The notes: generated from the letters alone by a model not told the origin. A stretch of DNA of 33,167 nt from Candidatus Bathyarchaeia archaeon (GCA_050014495.1 JBEKDF010000031.1:1-33167); one strand, 5' to 3'; positions 8,427 through 18,371 are shown, counted from the first letter of the stretch. Program-made: numbers and translations.

Positions 8427-9587
8427 ATGAGCAATACGAGGCAGTTTAGGGCGCCGTCCGTCATTAGTTCTGGCGTCGGAGCAGCGAAGGAGTCAGGTGA
8501 GCACGCCAAGCTGCTTGGGAATAAAGCGCTGATAGTTACAGACTCAAACTTGGATAAAATCGGTCTGCTCGCGGAGGTAAAGGCATCCCTCGACGCTGTC
8601 GGTGTGGGCTACGCTATCTACGATAAAGTCGTCACAGAACCAACTGTAGATTATGTTGATGAGGGACTTGAAATGTTCGAAGATGCGGCCGCTGATGTGA
8701 TCGTTGCCGTCGGAGGAGGCAGCCCGATCGACACAGCGAAGGCTATCACAGTCCTCTCTTCAAACCCGGGGAAAATAAGTGACTATATAGGCGCAAACAA
8801 GATCGTTCATCCATGCGTTCCCCTCATCGCGATCCCCACGACGGCAGGGACAGGGAGTGAGGTCACACCATTCACTATTATAACCAACACCGAGACTGAA
8901 GTGAAGATGCTTATCTCTAGTCCCCTTATCTTACCGACGGTTGCCCTCGTCGACCCTAAGATGACGATGAAGATGCCTAAGGGAATAACTGTAGCGACGG
9001 GACTCGACGCCCTCACTCACGCCATCGAGGCATACATCTCGGTGAGGTCCCAACCTCTAACTGATACATTAGCACTCCGAGCAATCAGTCTCATCTCGAA
9101 GAACATCCGGATTGCGTACTCGCAACCCGATGATTTAGGGGCTCGTAGCAACATGCTCATGGGAGCGTTACAGGCTGGGCTTGCCTTCGCGAACTCGTCC
9201 GTGGCTCTCGTCCACGGAATGTCGCGCCTCATCGGTGCATACTTCCATGTAGCCCACGACGTCTCCAACGCTGCCCTCTTACCTACAGTCATCGAATGGA
9301 GCGTCTCTGGGAACCCGAGCCGTTACGCCGAGATCGCTGTGGCGATTGGGGAAGAAACAGCAGGGCTCACCACGGATGAGGCCTCTAAGAAGACAGAATC
9401 CGCTGTGAAGATGTTGAACACCGACCTCCAGATTCCAAACCTTCGCGGTCTTGGAATAGATATAGCAAAGTTCGAGTCAGTTGTCTCTAAGATGGCTGCG
9501 GATGCTATCGCAAGCGGGAGCCCTGGCAATAACCCAAGAAAGGCCACACAAGAAGACATAGTAACTCTCTACAGAAAGGCGCTCTGA
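8427..9587 (+). CDS. Iron-containing alcohol dehydrogenase
   Basis: GGGSPIDTAK, IPTTAGTGSEVT, GLDALTHAIEAY, and LVHGMS...VAH metal ligands. Confidence 0.92.
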   Translation: MSNTRQFRAPSVISSGVGAAKESGEHAKLLGNKALIVTDSNLDKIGLLAEVKASLDAVGVGYAIYDKVVTEPTVDYVDEGLEMFEDAAADVIVAVGGGSPIDTAKAITVLSSNPGKISDYIGANKIVHPCVPLIAIPTTAGTGSEVTPFTIITNTETEVKMLISSPLILPTVALVDPKMTMKMPKGITVATGLDALTHAIEAYISVRSQPLTDTLALRAISLISKNIRIAYSQPDDLGARSNMLMGALQAGLAFANSSVALVHGMSRLIGAYFHVAHDVSNAALLPTVIEWSVSGNPSRYAEIAVAIGEETAGLTTDEASKKTESAVKMLNTDLQIPNLRGLGIDIAKFESVVSKMAADAIASGSPGNNPRKATQEDIVTLYRKAL

Positions 9588-9687
9588 TAACCGCATATTA
9601 TTGGACCAACACATCTATATTTACTGAATGGGATGCCCGCGTGCACTAAAGTAAATTGCTTTATTCGCAATGTACAGCTCATCAGTC

Positions 9688-10101
9688 ATGAGAGTCCTTC
9701 AGCTACACTGCAGTAGCTTCAGCTATGAGGTCAAGAAGGAGACCCCTGTCGCTGAGCAGCCTCCAATTCCCAAAGCCGAGTCTCTTGAGAATGTACTTGT
9801 ATGTCTAACATGTTTCGAGAAACAGGACGAGACTAGAATGGAAGAGATCACGAAGGCATATGTGGAAAACATCAAGGTGGACACTGGAAGAATCGGGACG
9901 AGACGTGTTCTCATACACCCCTACGCCCATCTGAGTAAGGAGCTAGGTTCACCCCGCCTCGCAAAGGAGTTTCTAAGGAAACTCCAGGAGACGCTTCTAG
10001 CCGATGGATTCGAGGCCCATAGGAGTCCCTTCGGCTGGTACAAATCGTTCACACTCACCAATATAGGCCACCCCCTCGCTGAGGCATACCGAGAATACTA
10101 A
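9688..10101 (+). CDS. Free-standing archaeal threonyl-tRNA synthetase editing domain (DTD-like fold)
   Basis: MRVLQLH, FEKQDE, HPYAHLS, PFGWYKSF and GHPLAE match the N-terminal editing domain of archaeal ThrRS. 137 aa from ATG 9688. Confidence 0.9.
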   Translation: MRVLQLHCSSFSYEVKKETPVAEQPPIPKAESLENVLVCLTCFEKQDETRMEEITKAYVENIKVDTGRIGTRRVLIHPYAHLSKELGSPRLAKEFLRKLQETLLADGFEAHRSPFGWYKSFTLTNIGHPLAEAYREY

Positions 10102-10113
10102 TTACCTCGTGGG

Positions 10114-11508
10114 TTAGCCCCAGATCTTATCTGGGTTGAGGATTCCATTGGGGTCGAAGACTTTCTTTATCCCCTTCATGAGCCCAACTTGAGTGTCACC
10201 CACCTTTTTGACGAGATAGAGGCGTTTCGTGTAGCCAAGACCGTGCTCTCCACTGACAGTACCTCCCATTCCTAACCCGAGATCTACTAGTTCACTTATG
10301 GTTTCTTCCAGTTCCGTATGCCACTCCGCATCGGTTCCGTCGAGGCGGATAATGTTACAATGAATATTACCGTCCCCTGCATGACCCACGGGGATTATCT
10401 GCACCCCGTGCCTGTCGCCAATCTCGTCTAGATGGTCAATGAAGGCGGGGATTGCGCTCCTCGGGACGCAAATGTCCGCTTCATCCACCTCGTAGAGAGA
10501 ATTGTATGCATCGTAAACAGCCTTCCTAGCTTCCCACATTTGGCGCTGCTTCTCCACGGTGTCTGCTATATAGGCGTCGATAGCACCGTTTTCCAGGCAT
10601 ACTTCTCCTGCCATCTCAAGCTGAGTCCCAAGTTCGGCCTCGTTATTGGACTCTACTCCAACTATTAAGTAGGCAGAGTGGATATCGTCGGGGAGCTTGC
10701 GCTCAAGGTATCGTTCAACGGTTTCAACGGCGTGTCTGCTCATGAGCTCGAGGGCAAAGGGTTGGATTTTGCGGCGAATGATCTCACTGACAGCCTTGGC
10801 AGCGTCGTATGTTGAATCGAATGGGGCGTAGATGAGAGCGGTGTACTTCGGCTTTGGAACAAGGCGTAGGGTTGCTCGCGTGACTATACCTAGTGTCCCC
10901 TCGGATCCCACTATGAGATCGAGGAGGCTATACCTGGTGGTGTCTTTGACGACTTTTCCCCCGATTTTAATGATCTCACCACTTGGCAATACAACCTCGA
11001 GAGCCTGAATGTAATCACGCGTGGTACCGTATTTGAGAGCCCTCATTCCCCCCGCGTTTGTGTTTATGTTGCCCCCAACGCTACCAGACTCTTGTCCCGG
11101 GTCCGGGGGATAGTATAAACCAACTTTCTCAACCGCCTTGTGAACGTCATCTACGAGGACGGCGGGCTCCACGACGGTCATGAGGTTCTCCTCATCGATC
11201 TCGAGGACCCTGTTCATACGCTCTAGACTAAGTGCTATGCCGCCACGGACTGGGTGACTGGCACCAGCGAGCCCGGTTCTGCTTCCCTGCGCTACGACGG
11301 GGATCAGCCTCTCATTAGCCAGTTTCATGACAGCGGAGACTTCCGCCGTTGTGCCGGGCTTGACAACCACTTCGGGCGGATGGGGTTCGAGGGGACTCTC
11401 ATCGACTGAGGCCTTCTCAATGTCCTCCTTAGAGAAAGAGACATTCTTCGCGCCCATAATGGCTTCTAATTTTTGTCTGACTTCGTCGTCAATTTGAGGT
11501 TGTGCCAC
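10114..11508 (-). CDS. FAD-linked 2-hydroxyacid oxidoreductase (LctD/GlcD family)
   Basis: YPPDPG, GGNINTNAGGMRALKYGTTRD, GSEGTLG, GHAGDGNIH, SGEHGLG and FDPNGILNPDK. The GTG start at 11508 overlaps the etfA end. Confidence 0.9.
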   Translation of the reverse strand: MAQPQIDDEVRQKLEAIMGAKNVSFSKEDIEKASVDESPLEPHPPEVVVKPGTTAEVSAVMKLANERLIPVVAQGSRTGLAGASHPVRGGIALSLERMNRVLEIDEENLMTVVEPAVLVDDVHKAVEKVGLYYPPDPGQESGSVGGNINTNAGGMRALKYGTTRDYIQALEVVLPSGEIIKIGGKVVKDTTRYSLLDLIVGSEGTLGIVTRATLRLVPKPKYTALIYAPFDSTYDAAKAVSEIIRRKIQPFALELMSRHAVETVERYLERKLPDDIHSAYLIVGVESNNEAELGTQLEMAGEVCLENGAIDAYIADTVEKQRQMWEARKAVYDAYNSLYEVDEADICVPRSAIPAFIDHLDEIGDRHGVQIIPVGHAGDGNIHCNIIRLDGTDAEWHTELEETISELVDLGLGMGGTVSGEHGLGYTKRLYLVKKVGDTQVGLMKGIKKVFDPNGILNPDKIWG

Positions 11509-12694
11509 GGACCTTTTGCTCCTTAATCTTCTCAATGAGGCGTGGTACCACCTCATAAAGGTCACCGACAGCAGCGAGGGTGCTGATCCTGCAGATTGGA
11601 GCCTCCTTATCTTTATTTATGGCGATTATGACGTCACTGGTCTTCATACCTGCTTGGTGCTGGACTGCTCCACTTATACCACAAGCGAGGTAGAGCTTGG
11701 GTCGAACTGTGCGGCCGCTTAAGCCGACCTGGTGGCGGTATTCTATCCAGCCTTCATCGACTGTAGGGCGACTTGCTCCTACAGCTCCTCCGAGGGCGTC
11801 TGCGAGTTGTTTAATGAGCTCGAAACCTTTTGGCTCACCAAGGCCCTTACCCCCACTGACGACGATGTCAGCGTCGACTATGCTGACCTGCTCCTTGGCT
11901 GCCTCGAAGCCGAGTACTCTGATACGATCCTGAAGCCGGTTGGGATCGACCTGTTTCTTAATTATTTCACCCCTCTTCGTAGGATCTGCCAATGCCTCGG
12001 TCATCACCTTATACCGAACGGTTGCCATCTGGGGTCGGCTGTTCTGAGTGTAGATGGTAGCCATGATGTTCCCTCCATAGGCTGGGCGCGTTTGGAGGAG
12101 GAGGCGTGTCTGGGGGTCGATGTCAAGTCCAGTGCAGTCGGCGGTAAGACCAGTTTTGAGTTTTGCTGCGACACGTGGACCGAGGGAACGACCTATTGAG
12201 GTGGCGCCTATGAGAATAATGCTTGGCTTGAGTTCATTAGTGGCCTCGGATAATATCTGAGCGTAAGGGTCGTCCCGATAGGTTGCGAGAAACAGATGAT
12301 CATAGACGAGTACCTTGTCAGCACCACGCTTCACTAGTTCCTCAGCTGCACTGGTGAGGTTGGTGCCTATAATGACGGCGTAAACAGGCTCCCCAAGCGT
12401 GGCTGCAAGCTCCCTGCCCTTACCGAGTAGCTCGTAGGCGACGGGGTGGACTCTGCCCTCGCGTTGCTCGGCATAAACGAGGATGCCACGCCAGTCGGCG
12501 AAGACCTGAGGAACTTCTGATTTCTTGATGGTAATTGCCTTAACCGGACAGACGGGCTCGCATGCACCGCAGACTCTGCAGGCGTCTCCGATTTGTGCCT
12601 TGCCTGTGACTATGGTTATTACTCCAAAGGGACAGATAGAGATACACATGCCACAACCCGTGCAGGCGTCGCTGACATCAACCGACTTACTCAT
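11489..12694 (-). CDS. etfA: Electron transfer flavoprotein alpha subunit with an N-terminal 2x[4Fe-4S] ferredoxin domain
   Basis: CTGCGMCISICP and CRVCGACEPVCP; GLTADCT, TRPAYGGN, GASRP, QVGLSG and GISGAVQH. Confidence 0.93.
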   Translation of the reverse strand: MSKSVDVSDACTGCGMCISICPFGVITIVTGKAQIGDACRVCGACEPVCPVKAITIKKSEVPQVFADWRGILVYAEQREGRVHPVAYELLGKGRELAATLGEPVYAVIIGTNLTSAAEELVKRGADKVLVYDHLFLATYRDDPYAQILSEATNELKPSIILIGATSIGRSLGPRVAAKLKTGLTADCTGLDIDPQTRLLLQTRPAYGGNIMATIYTQNSRPQMATVRYKVMTEALADPTKRGEIIKKQVDPNRLQDRIRVLGFEAAKEQVSIVDADIVVSGGKGLGEPKGFELIKQLADALGGAVGASRPTVDEGWIEYRHQVGLSGRTVRPKLYLACGISGAVQHQAGMKTSDVIIAINKDKEAPICRISTLAAVGDLYEVVPRLIEKIKEQKVRGTTSN

Positions 12695-13488
12695 ACTATT
12701 TTGGCCTCCCTGAGCTTCTGATATATTGCATCAGCAAGCTGGTCGGGTGTACCTTCTATAACCTCACCCCCCGCGTGAGGCTCGGGAGTGAATATCTTCG
12801 TTACGCGCGTATAGCTGCCATCTAAGCCGAGTTCCTTGGGGTTCATCCTCATCTCCTTATTTGTAATTGTCTTGATTGTGGCCTTCTTGGCGGCAAGCCT
12901 ACCTCGTAGCGTTGCTAGGCGAGGTTGCCCCACGTCCTTAGATACTGTGATGATAAGGGGGAAGCGCGCTTCGAGGGTCTCGACGCCGTCGTCGAGATTC
13001 CTCTTCAGAGTGACCTTACCATCCTTGACATCGAGAACCTGACTAACATAACTTATACAGGGTTCGCCAAGGTGCTCCGCCATCTCGGGGCCAGTCTGGC
13101 CGGTATCGCCGTCGGTTGTCTTCAAGCCACAGATCACAATGTCATGGGTACCAGTGAGTTGAATGCTTTTAGCAAGGGTGAGGCTGGTAGCCCAAGTGTC
13201 TGCTCCGCCAAATACGCGGTCGCTTACTAGCCAACCCTCGTCACAACCCATAGCTATAGCGTCGCGTAAAGCTTGCTCAGCCATAGGTGGCCCCATGCTT
13301 ATGGCCATAACCTTGCCACCGTACTTCTCCTTAAGGCGAAGCCCGGTCTCTATAGCGAACTCATCGAAGGGATTGATAACCGCTGCAACGCCTTCTCTCT
13401 TGAGGCGTCCGGTCTCTTTGTCGAACTCCACCTCGGTGGTCTCTGGAACCTGTTTTATGCAAATGACAATCTTAAGGCCGGCACTCAA
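12691..13488 (-). CDS. etfB: Electron transfer flavoprotein beta subunit
   Basis: CIKQVP, INPFDEFA, SMGPP, GADTWAT and DGDTGQTGP. TTG start; 4-bp overlap with etfA. Confidence 0.93.
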   Translation of the reverse strand: MSAGLKIVICIKQVPETTEVEFDKETGRLKREGVAAVINPFDEFAIETGLRLKEKYGGKVMAISMGPPMAEQALRDAIAMGCDEGWLVSDRVFGGADTWATSLTLAKSIQLTGTHDIVICGLKTTDGDTGQTGPEMAEHLGEPCISYVSQVLDVKDGKVTLKRNLDDGVETLEARFPLIITVSKDVGQPRLATLRGRLAAKKATIKTITNKEMRMNPKELGLDGSYTRVTKIFTPEPHAGGEVIEGTPDQLADAIYQKLREAKIV

Positions 13489-13711
13489 CGAAGTATCCCC
13501 GCATTAGCTGAAACTAGGCTGTTTGTGGTGGTATAAAAGGGTACATCCGAGGGTAAGCAGAGGTGAAATTCACATATGAATGTGCGCGCGCTTGTATCTG
13601 TGGACGTTCTCGGTGGCTATTCGTTTCTTGGGTTCATAAGTTTTAAAAAAAAATATAATAGATTGGTATTAACGCTTATCCGCCAAGGATTGCTACTTTT
13701 AACTGATCAAG

Positions 13712-15049
13712 TTGCCCGTCCACCCAATAGAGTTCAGGTACCATTATCCCGAGATGTATGCGGTTTTCACGGAAGAAGCGAAGTTGCAGAGTTGGCTAGA
13801 TATTGAAGCCGCATTAGCCTGGGCCCATGCCGAGCTTGGCACGATCCCGAAAGCTGCAGCGAAAGAGATTGAGAGGAAGGCGAAGATCAGCTTCGTAAAG
13901 GTAGAACGGTGCAAAGAGATAGAGGAGAAGACAAGACATGACCTCCTTGCGATGGTGTACGCACTTCAGGAGGTTTGCGAGGGAGACGCAGGTGGCTACA
14001 TTCACTTAGGTGCGACAAGCTACGACATTGAAGACACAGCTCTCGCCCTACAGCTAAGGAGGGCAATGGACATCTTAGAGAGTGACCTCAAGGCACTACT
14101 GAAAGTGCTCCTCGATGAGGCATTGGAGCATAGAGAAACGGTGTGCATAGGGCGGACTCATGGGCAACATGCACTCCCGACGACATATGGAATGAAGTTC
14201 GCCCTCTTTGCAGCGGAGGTAGGACGCCATCTTGATAGGCTCTCCGAGACGAGGAGGAGGATCGAGGTGGGTAAAATGAATGGAGCAGTCGGCACCATGG
14301 CGGGCTTTGGAGAGAGAGGTTTTGAGGTTCAGCGCCTCACCATGGAAAAACTCAGACTTGAGCCCGCGCTGATCACGAACCAGATTATTCAGAGAGACCG
14401 ACACGCAGAGTTACAGTGCTTCCTCGCCCTAATAGCAGGGACGATGGATAAAATGGGAAGGGAGCTCAGAAACCTCCAAAGGACGGAGATTGCAGAGATC
14501 AGCGAGCCTATTCGGAGCCCGAGCAGCACAATGCCTCAGAAGTTGAACCCTAGCAACACGGAGCGTATTTGCGGACTAGCTCGGATAATTAGGGGTAGTG
14601 TCAATGCAAGCCTCGAGTCCATCGCCCTGGAACATGAGAGAGATATTAGTAACAGTGGAGTTGAGAGGATCAACATACCTGAAGGCTTCATACTCACCGA
14701 CTACATCCTCCGTCAGATGACTAGTATAGTGAAAGGGCTTAGTTTCGATGCCGATAATATCGAGAGAAATTTGAATATGACATTAGGACTTGTTCTGACG
14801 GAGAGGGTGATGATCGAACTTGTCGCGAAGGGATTGGGTCGACAGGAGGGACACGAACTCATGCGTCGCCTAGCATTGAAGGCATGGAACGAGAAGCGCC
14901 CTCTCAGGGAAGTCATGGAGAAAGATAATGAAGCTATGCGCCTCATCACCCCCGCGGAGATGGATGAATGGCTTAACCCCCATACATACATTGGAACAAG
15001 TATAAAACAAGTGGATCGAGTTATAATCGAATTAAAGAAAAAACTCTGA
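13712..15049 (+). CDS. purB: Adenylosuccinate lyase
   Basis: MPVHPIEFRY, TRHD, HLGATSYD, GRTHGQHA, SSTMPQKLNP and HERDISN. Confidence 0.92.
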   Translation: MPVHPIEFRYHYPEMYAVFTEEAKLQSWLDIEAALAWAHAELGTIPKAAAKEIERKAKISFVKVERCKEIEEKTRHDLLAMVYALQEVCEGDAGGYIHLGATSYDIEDTALALQLRRAMDILESDLKALLKVLLDEALEHRETVCIGRTHGQHALPTTYGMKFALFAAEVGRHLDRLSETRRRIEVGKMNGAVGTMAGFGERGFEVQRLTMEKLRLEPALITNQIIQRDRHAELQCFLALIAGTMDKMGRELRNLQRTEIAEISEPIRSPSSTMPQKLNPSNTERICGLARIIRGSVNASLESIALEHERDISNSGVERINIPEGFILTDYILRQMTSIVKGLSFDADNIERNLNMTLGLVLTERVMIELVAKGLGRQEGHELMRRLALKAWNEKRPLREVMEKDNEAMRLITPAEMDEWLNPHTYIGTSIKQVDRVIIELKKKL

Positions 15050-15208
15050 AAAAAGCTGATTAAACCAGGCATCGCAAGACAATGGTGCTATCGGTTAGAT
15101 GTCGAAGTTCTTCATCGATTTAGCGCACGTGAGATTTGAATTTTTTAAAAATATGGCAGCTCAAGCTGGGATTTTGTTTAATTAATCTATCGCCCCAATA
15201 CCAATACG

Positions 15209-15724
15209 ATGCTCGAAGCTGAGAGAATTCTTCATGAGATGGATATACCCTATCACCTTATTGAGCTCACTGAATGTGCAGTCACCGCTGCCGACGTGGC
15301 ATAATATAGTAAAGGTAACATAAAAGTCGATGAGATATGCAAGACTATCATAATGCGGGACGACTCGGGTAACTGCTATGCTTTCCTTCTTATTGGTACT
15401 GACCGAGTGGATTCTCACAAAGCAAAGATGCTTATGGGCAGAAAGCTCAGTGTTGCCAGACCTGAGGAGCTCCACGACTCTACAAGCACAGACCCCGGCG
15501 CTGTTTGCCCCCTCACTCTACATATACCTCTCACCATTGATCAACGCGTCACTGCACTCCAGTGTATCAACTTCGGCTCCGGCCATCACTTATATGGGAT
15601 AGAGATGAAGACCCAGGACCTCCTACGCGCTATCTCACATATTGTCGCAGACATAGCTGAGACCACCTTAAAAAACGGTGGGGAGAGTAAACCAACGGTG
15701 TGCGCAAAAAAACCCGCAGTTTAG
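15209..15724 (+). pseudogene. YbaK/ProX aminoacyl-tRNA deacylase family gene with an in-frame TAA
   Basis: ATG 15209 gives MLEAERILHEMDIPYHLIELTECAVTAADVA*YSKGNIKVDEICKTII..PGAVCPL..INFGSG..DIAE. The TAA is at 15302-15304. Confidence 0.8.
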
Positions 15725-15828
15725 CCATACAATTGACAGGTACATTCACTTTGTATCATACTCATGTTTATCCTCGGCTCTAAGCAAGCATAAAGAAAAT
15801 AAACCAACCAGCGTTCACACCTAACGAC

Positions 15829-16356
15829 ATGTGCTCGGAGCCATTAAAGCCAAAACCCAAGCGCAAGGACGAACGAATAGCTGAACTCGAGGACCAGTTG
15901 GCAGAGGCCAGAATGCATGCTGAAGCCTATCTCAACCAGCTCAAATATACTAAAGCAGACCTCGATAATATTCAGAAGCAGAGCCAGAGACGAATCGAAG
16001 AGTCAATTGACAGAAATAACGCACGCATCTTCGTCCAACTCACTACACTCGCAGACGAGCTCCTTCTCATTGCTAAAAACACTGGAGACGAAGGCGTCAA
16101 GATGATCTATACCAAGCTCCTCAGACTCCTCGAATCTGAGGGAGTCACCCTAATAGATGCCGTAGGCAAACCCTTTGACCCTTACCGGCACGAGGCTATT
16201 CTCGAAGCAGAGACTGATGCCTGCCCCCCAGGCACAGTAGTAGAGGAGATAAGGAAGGGTTACAACTACAAAGACAAGGTCCTATGCGCGGCCATCGTAA
16301 AGGTCGCGAGGGCGCCGAGCAAAAAAGAGGAAAAAGACGATGACAGAAAAGCGTGA
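15829..16356 (+). CDS. grpE: Nucleotide exchange factor GrpE
   Basis: [17 protein letters not shown] and VVEEIRKGY; directly upstream of dnaK. Confidence 0.93.
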   Translation: MCSEPLKPKPKRKDERIAELEDQLAEARMHAEAYLNQLKYTKADLDNIQKQSQRRIEESIDRNNARIFVQLTTLADELLLIAKNTGDEGVKMIYTKLLRLLESEGVTLIDAVGKPFDPYRHEAILEAETDACPPGTVVEEIRKGYNYKDKVLCAAIVKVARAPSKKEEKDDDRKA

Positions 16357-18232
16357 AAAGATTATAGGAATAGACCTAGGCACGACGAACAGCGCTGCAG
16401 CCGTCGTCATGGGCGGAAAACCGGTTATCATACCCAGCGCAGAAGGCCCAACCGTTGCGGGAAAGATGTTCCCCAGCGTCGTCGCATTCACTAAGGACGG
16501 TCAGCTCCTCGTCGGTGAACCCGCGAGACGTCAGGCCATTACTAACCCAGAGGGTACCGTCTATGAGGCAAAACGCCTCATGGGTACAAGCAAGACAATA
16601 ACACTAAATGGTAAAGACTATACGCCCCAACAAATCAGCGCTTTCATTCTACAGAAGATACTTCGCGACGCTGAGACCTTCCTCGGCGAGAAGGTTACAA
16701 AAGCAGTGATCACTGTCCCAGCCCACTTCAATGATAATCAGCGCCAGGCAACCATAGATGCTGGTGAGATAGCTGGCCTCAAGGTAACCCGCATTGTGAA
16801 CGAGCCCACGGCCGCTGCTCTCGCTTACGGCCTGGACAAAGCCGACAAGGAACTCAAGATACTTGTTTTCAGCTTCGGAGGCGGCACTAATGATACAACA
16901 GTCATGGACTTCGGGGGAGGGGTCTTCGAGGTCCTCAGTACGAGCGGCGATACCCAGACCGGCGGAGCAGACGTGGATAAGGCCATAATGAACTACCTGA
17001 TTGACGAGTTTAAACGCAGCGATGGTGTCGACCTGCGTAGCGACCTTAAGGCAATGGCGCGTCTCAAGGAGGCCGCAGAAAAAGCGAAGATCGAGCTTAG
17101 TAGCGTTCTAAGCACTGACATTGACCTTCCCTACTTAGCCATGGGGACTAACGGACCCAAGAATATGCATATCACAATGACCCGAGCCAAGCTTGAACAG
17201 ATAGCACGTCCAATAGTCGAGAAGATCAGGCAGCCAATCTTACGTACAATAGAGGACGCCAAGATCACTAAGGACAAGATCGATAAGGTAATTCTATTCG
17301 GAGGCATGACGAAGATGCCTCTAGTACAGCAACTCGTTGAGGAGACTGTTGGTAAGAAACTGGAGCGGGGCCTCGACCCCATGGAGTGCGTCGCCATGGG
17401 CGCAGCGATACAGGGCGCAATAATCGCCGGGGAGATCAGTGATATAGTCCTCCTCGATGTTACCCCCCTTAGCCTCGGTGTCGAGACCCTGGGTGGGGTC
17501 TTGACTAAGGTCCTAGAACGCAACACCACTATCCCCACCAAGCAGACGCAGACATTCAGCACCGCAGCCGATATGCAAACTGCAGTCACCATTCATGTCC
17601 TTCAGGGTGAACGAGCAATGGCGAAGGATAATATAAGCCTAGGTCGTTTCGACCTCACCGGTATACCTCCCGCTCCACGAGGCGTCCCCCAGATACAAGT
17701 CACCTTTGACATAAACACCGACGGGGTCCTCAATGTATCCGCAAAGGATCTAGGGACTGGAAAGCAGATGGGCATCACAATACAAGCCTCTACTAAACTC
17801 AGCCAGAAGGAGAAGGACCGTATGATGGAGGAGGCTGAGAGGTATGCTGAGGCCGACAAGAAATCGAAGGAGGAGGCTGAGATAAGAAACAACGCCGACA
17901 GCATCGCCTACACAACCGAGAAGACTCTCACCGATGTCGGTGACAAACTTCCTAGCGACCTAAAGAACAAGATCAATGACAGCCTAAACGCCCTTAAAGA
18001 AGCTCTGAAGGGCACCGACACTGACGTAATTAAGTCCAAGACCGACGAACTGACGAAGATCATTCAGGAAGCCGGTGCCGAGATCTATAAGCAGACGGCC
18101 GCAGCCCAGCAGCAACAGCAACAACAATCGGGTGGCCAGGAGCAGTCCCAACCTAACCCCGAGTCCCAAGAGGAGCAGGGTAAGAAGACAGTAGACGCTG
18201 AGTACAAGGTAGTCGATGATGACAAGAAGTAG
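16340..18232 (+). CDS. dnaK: Molecular chaperone DnaK (Hsp70)
   Basis: [53 protein letters not shown] and a C-terminal VDAEYKVV. Confidence 0.97.
   Translation: MTEKREKIIGIDLGTTNSAAAVVMGGKPVIIPSAEGPTVAGKMFPSVVAFTKDGQLLVGEPARRQAITNPEGTVYEAKRLMGTSKTITLNGKDYTPQQISAFILQKILRDAETFLGEKVTKAVITVPAHFNDNQRQATIDAGEIAGLKVTRIVNEPTAAALAYGLDKADKELKILVFSFGGGTNDTTVMDFGGGVFEVLSTSGDTQTGGADVDKAIMNYLIDEFKRSDGVDLRSDLKAMARLKEAAEKAKIELSSVLSTDIDLPYLAMGTNGPKNMHITMTRAKLEQIARPIVEKIRQPILRTIEDAKITKDKIDKVILFGGMTKMPLVQQLVEETVGKKLERGLDPMECVAMGAAIQGAIIAGEISDIVLLDVTPLSLGVETLGGVLTKVLERNTTIPTKQTQTFSTAADMQTAVTIHVLQGERAMAKDNISLGRFDLTGIPPAPRGVPQIQVTFDINTDGVLNVSAKDLGTGKQMGITIQASTKLSQKEKDRMMEEAERYAEADKKSKEEAEIRNNADSIAYTTEKTLTDVGDKLPSDLKNKINDSLNALKEALKGTDTDVIKSKTDELTKIIQEAGAEIYKQTAAAQQQQQQQSGGQEQSQPNPESQEEQGKKTVDAEYKVVDDDKK
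18107..18127 (+). repeat. CAG/CAA poly-glutamine (Q7) tract in the DnaK C-terminal tail
   Basis: cag cag caa cag caa caa caa. Confidence 0.8.
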
Positions 18233-18328
18233 TGACTCCTTGCTCCCCAACATCGGAATAAAATGGCCTTATTAACCTCAAAGAAAACTCTACAAAACCT
18301 TGCCTGGCTAAGAATGCTCATGTAAATG

Positions 18329-18354
18329 TTTTTAAGCCAACCAACTCGGAGTTG
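18329..18354 (+). promoter_or_regulatory. dnaJ TATA box followed by a 13-bp palindrome (putative operator)
   Basis: TTTTTAAG, then CAACTC-G-GAGTTG at 18342-18354. Confidence 0.45.
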
Positions 18355-18371
18355 ACTTCAGCACCCAGGGG

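Noticed and set aside
13576..13806. 76-aa ORF upstream of purB
   Set aside because: It crosses the promoter and A-tract and overlaps purB out of frame, with no motif.
15730..15828. Search for a CIRCE element upstream of grpE
   Set aside because: No TTAGCACTC-N9-GAGTGCTAA match.
17131..18321. Antisense ORFs in dnaK, including a poly-Cys run
   Set aside because: Shadows of dnaK codon usage and the poly-Q tract.
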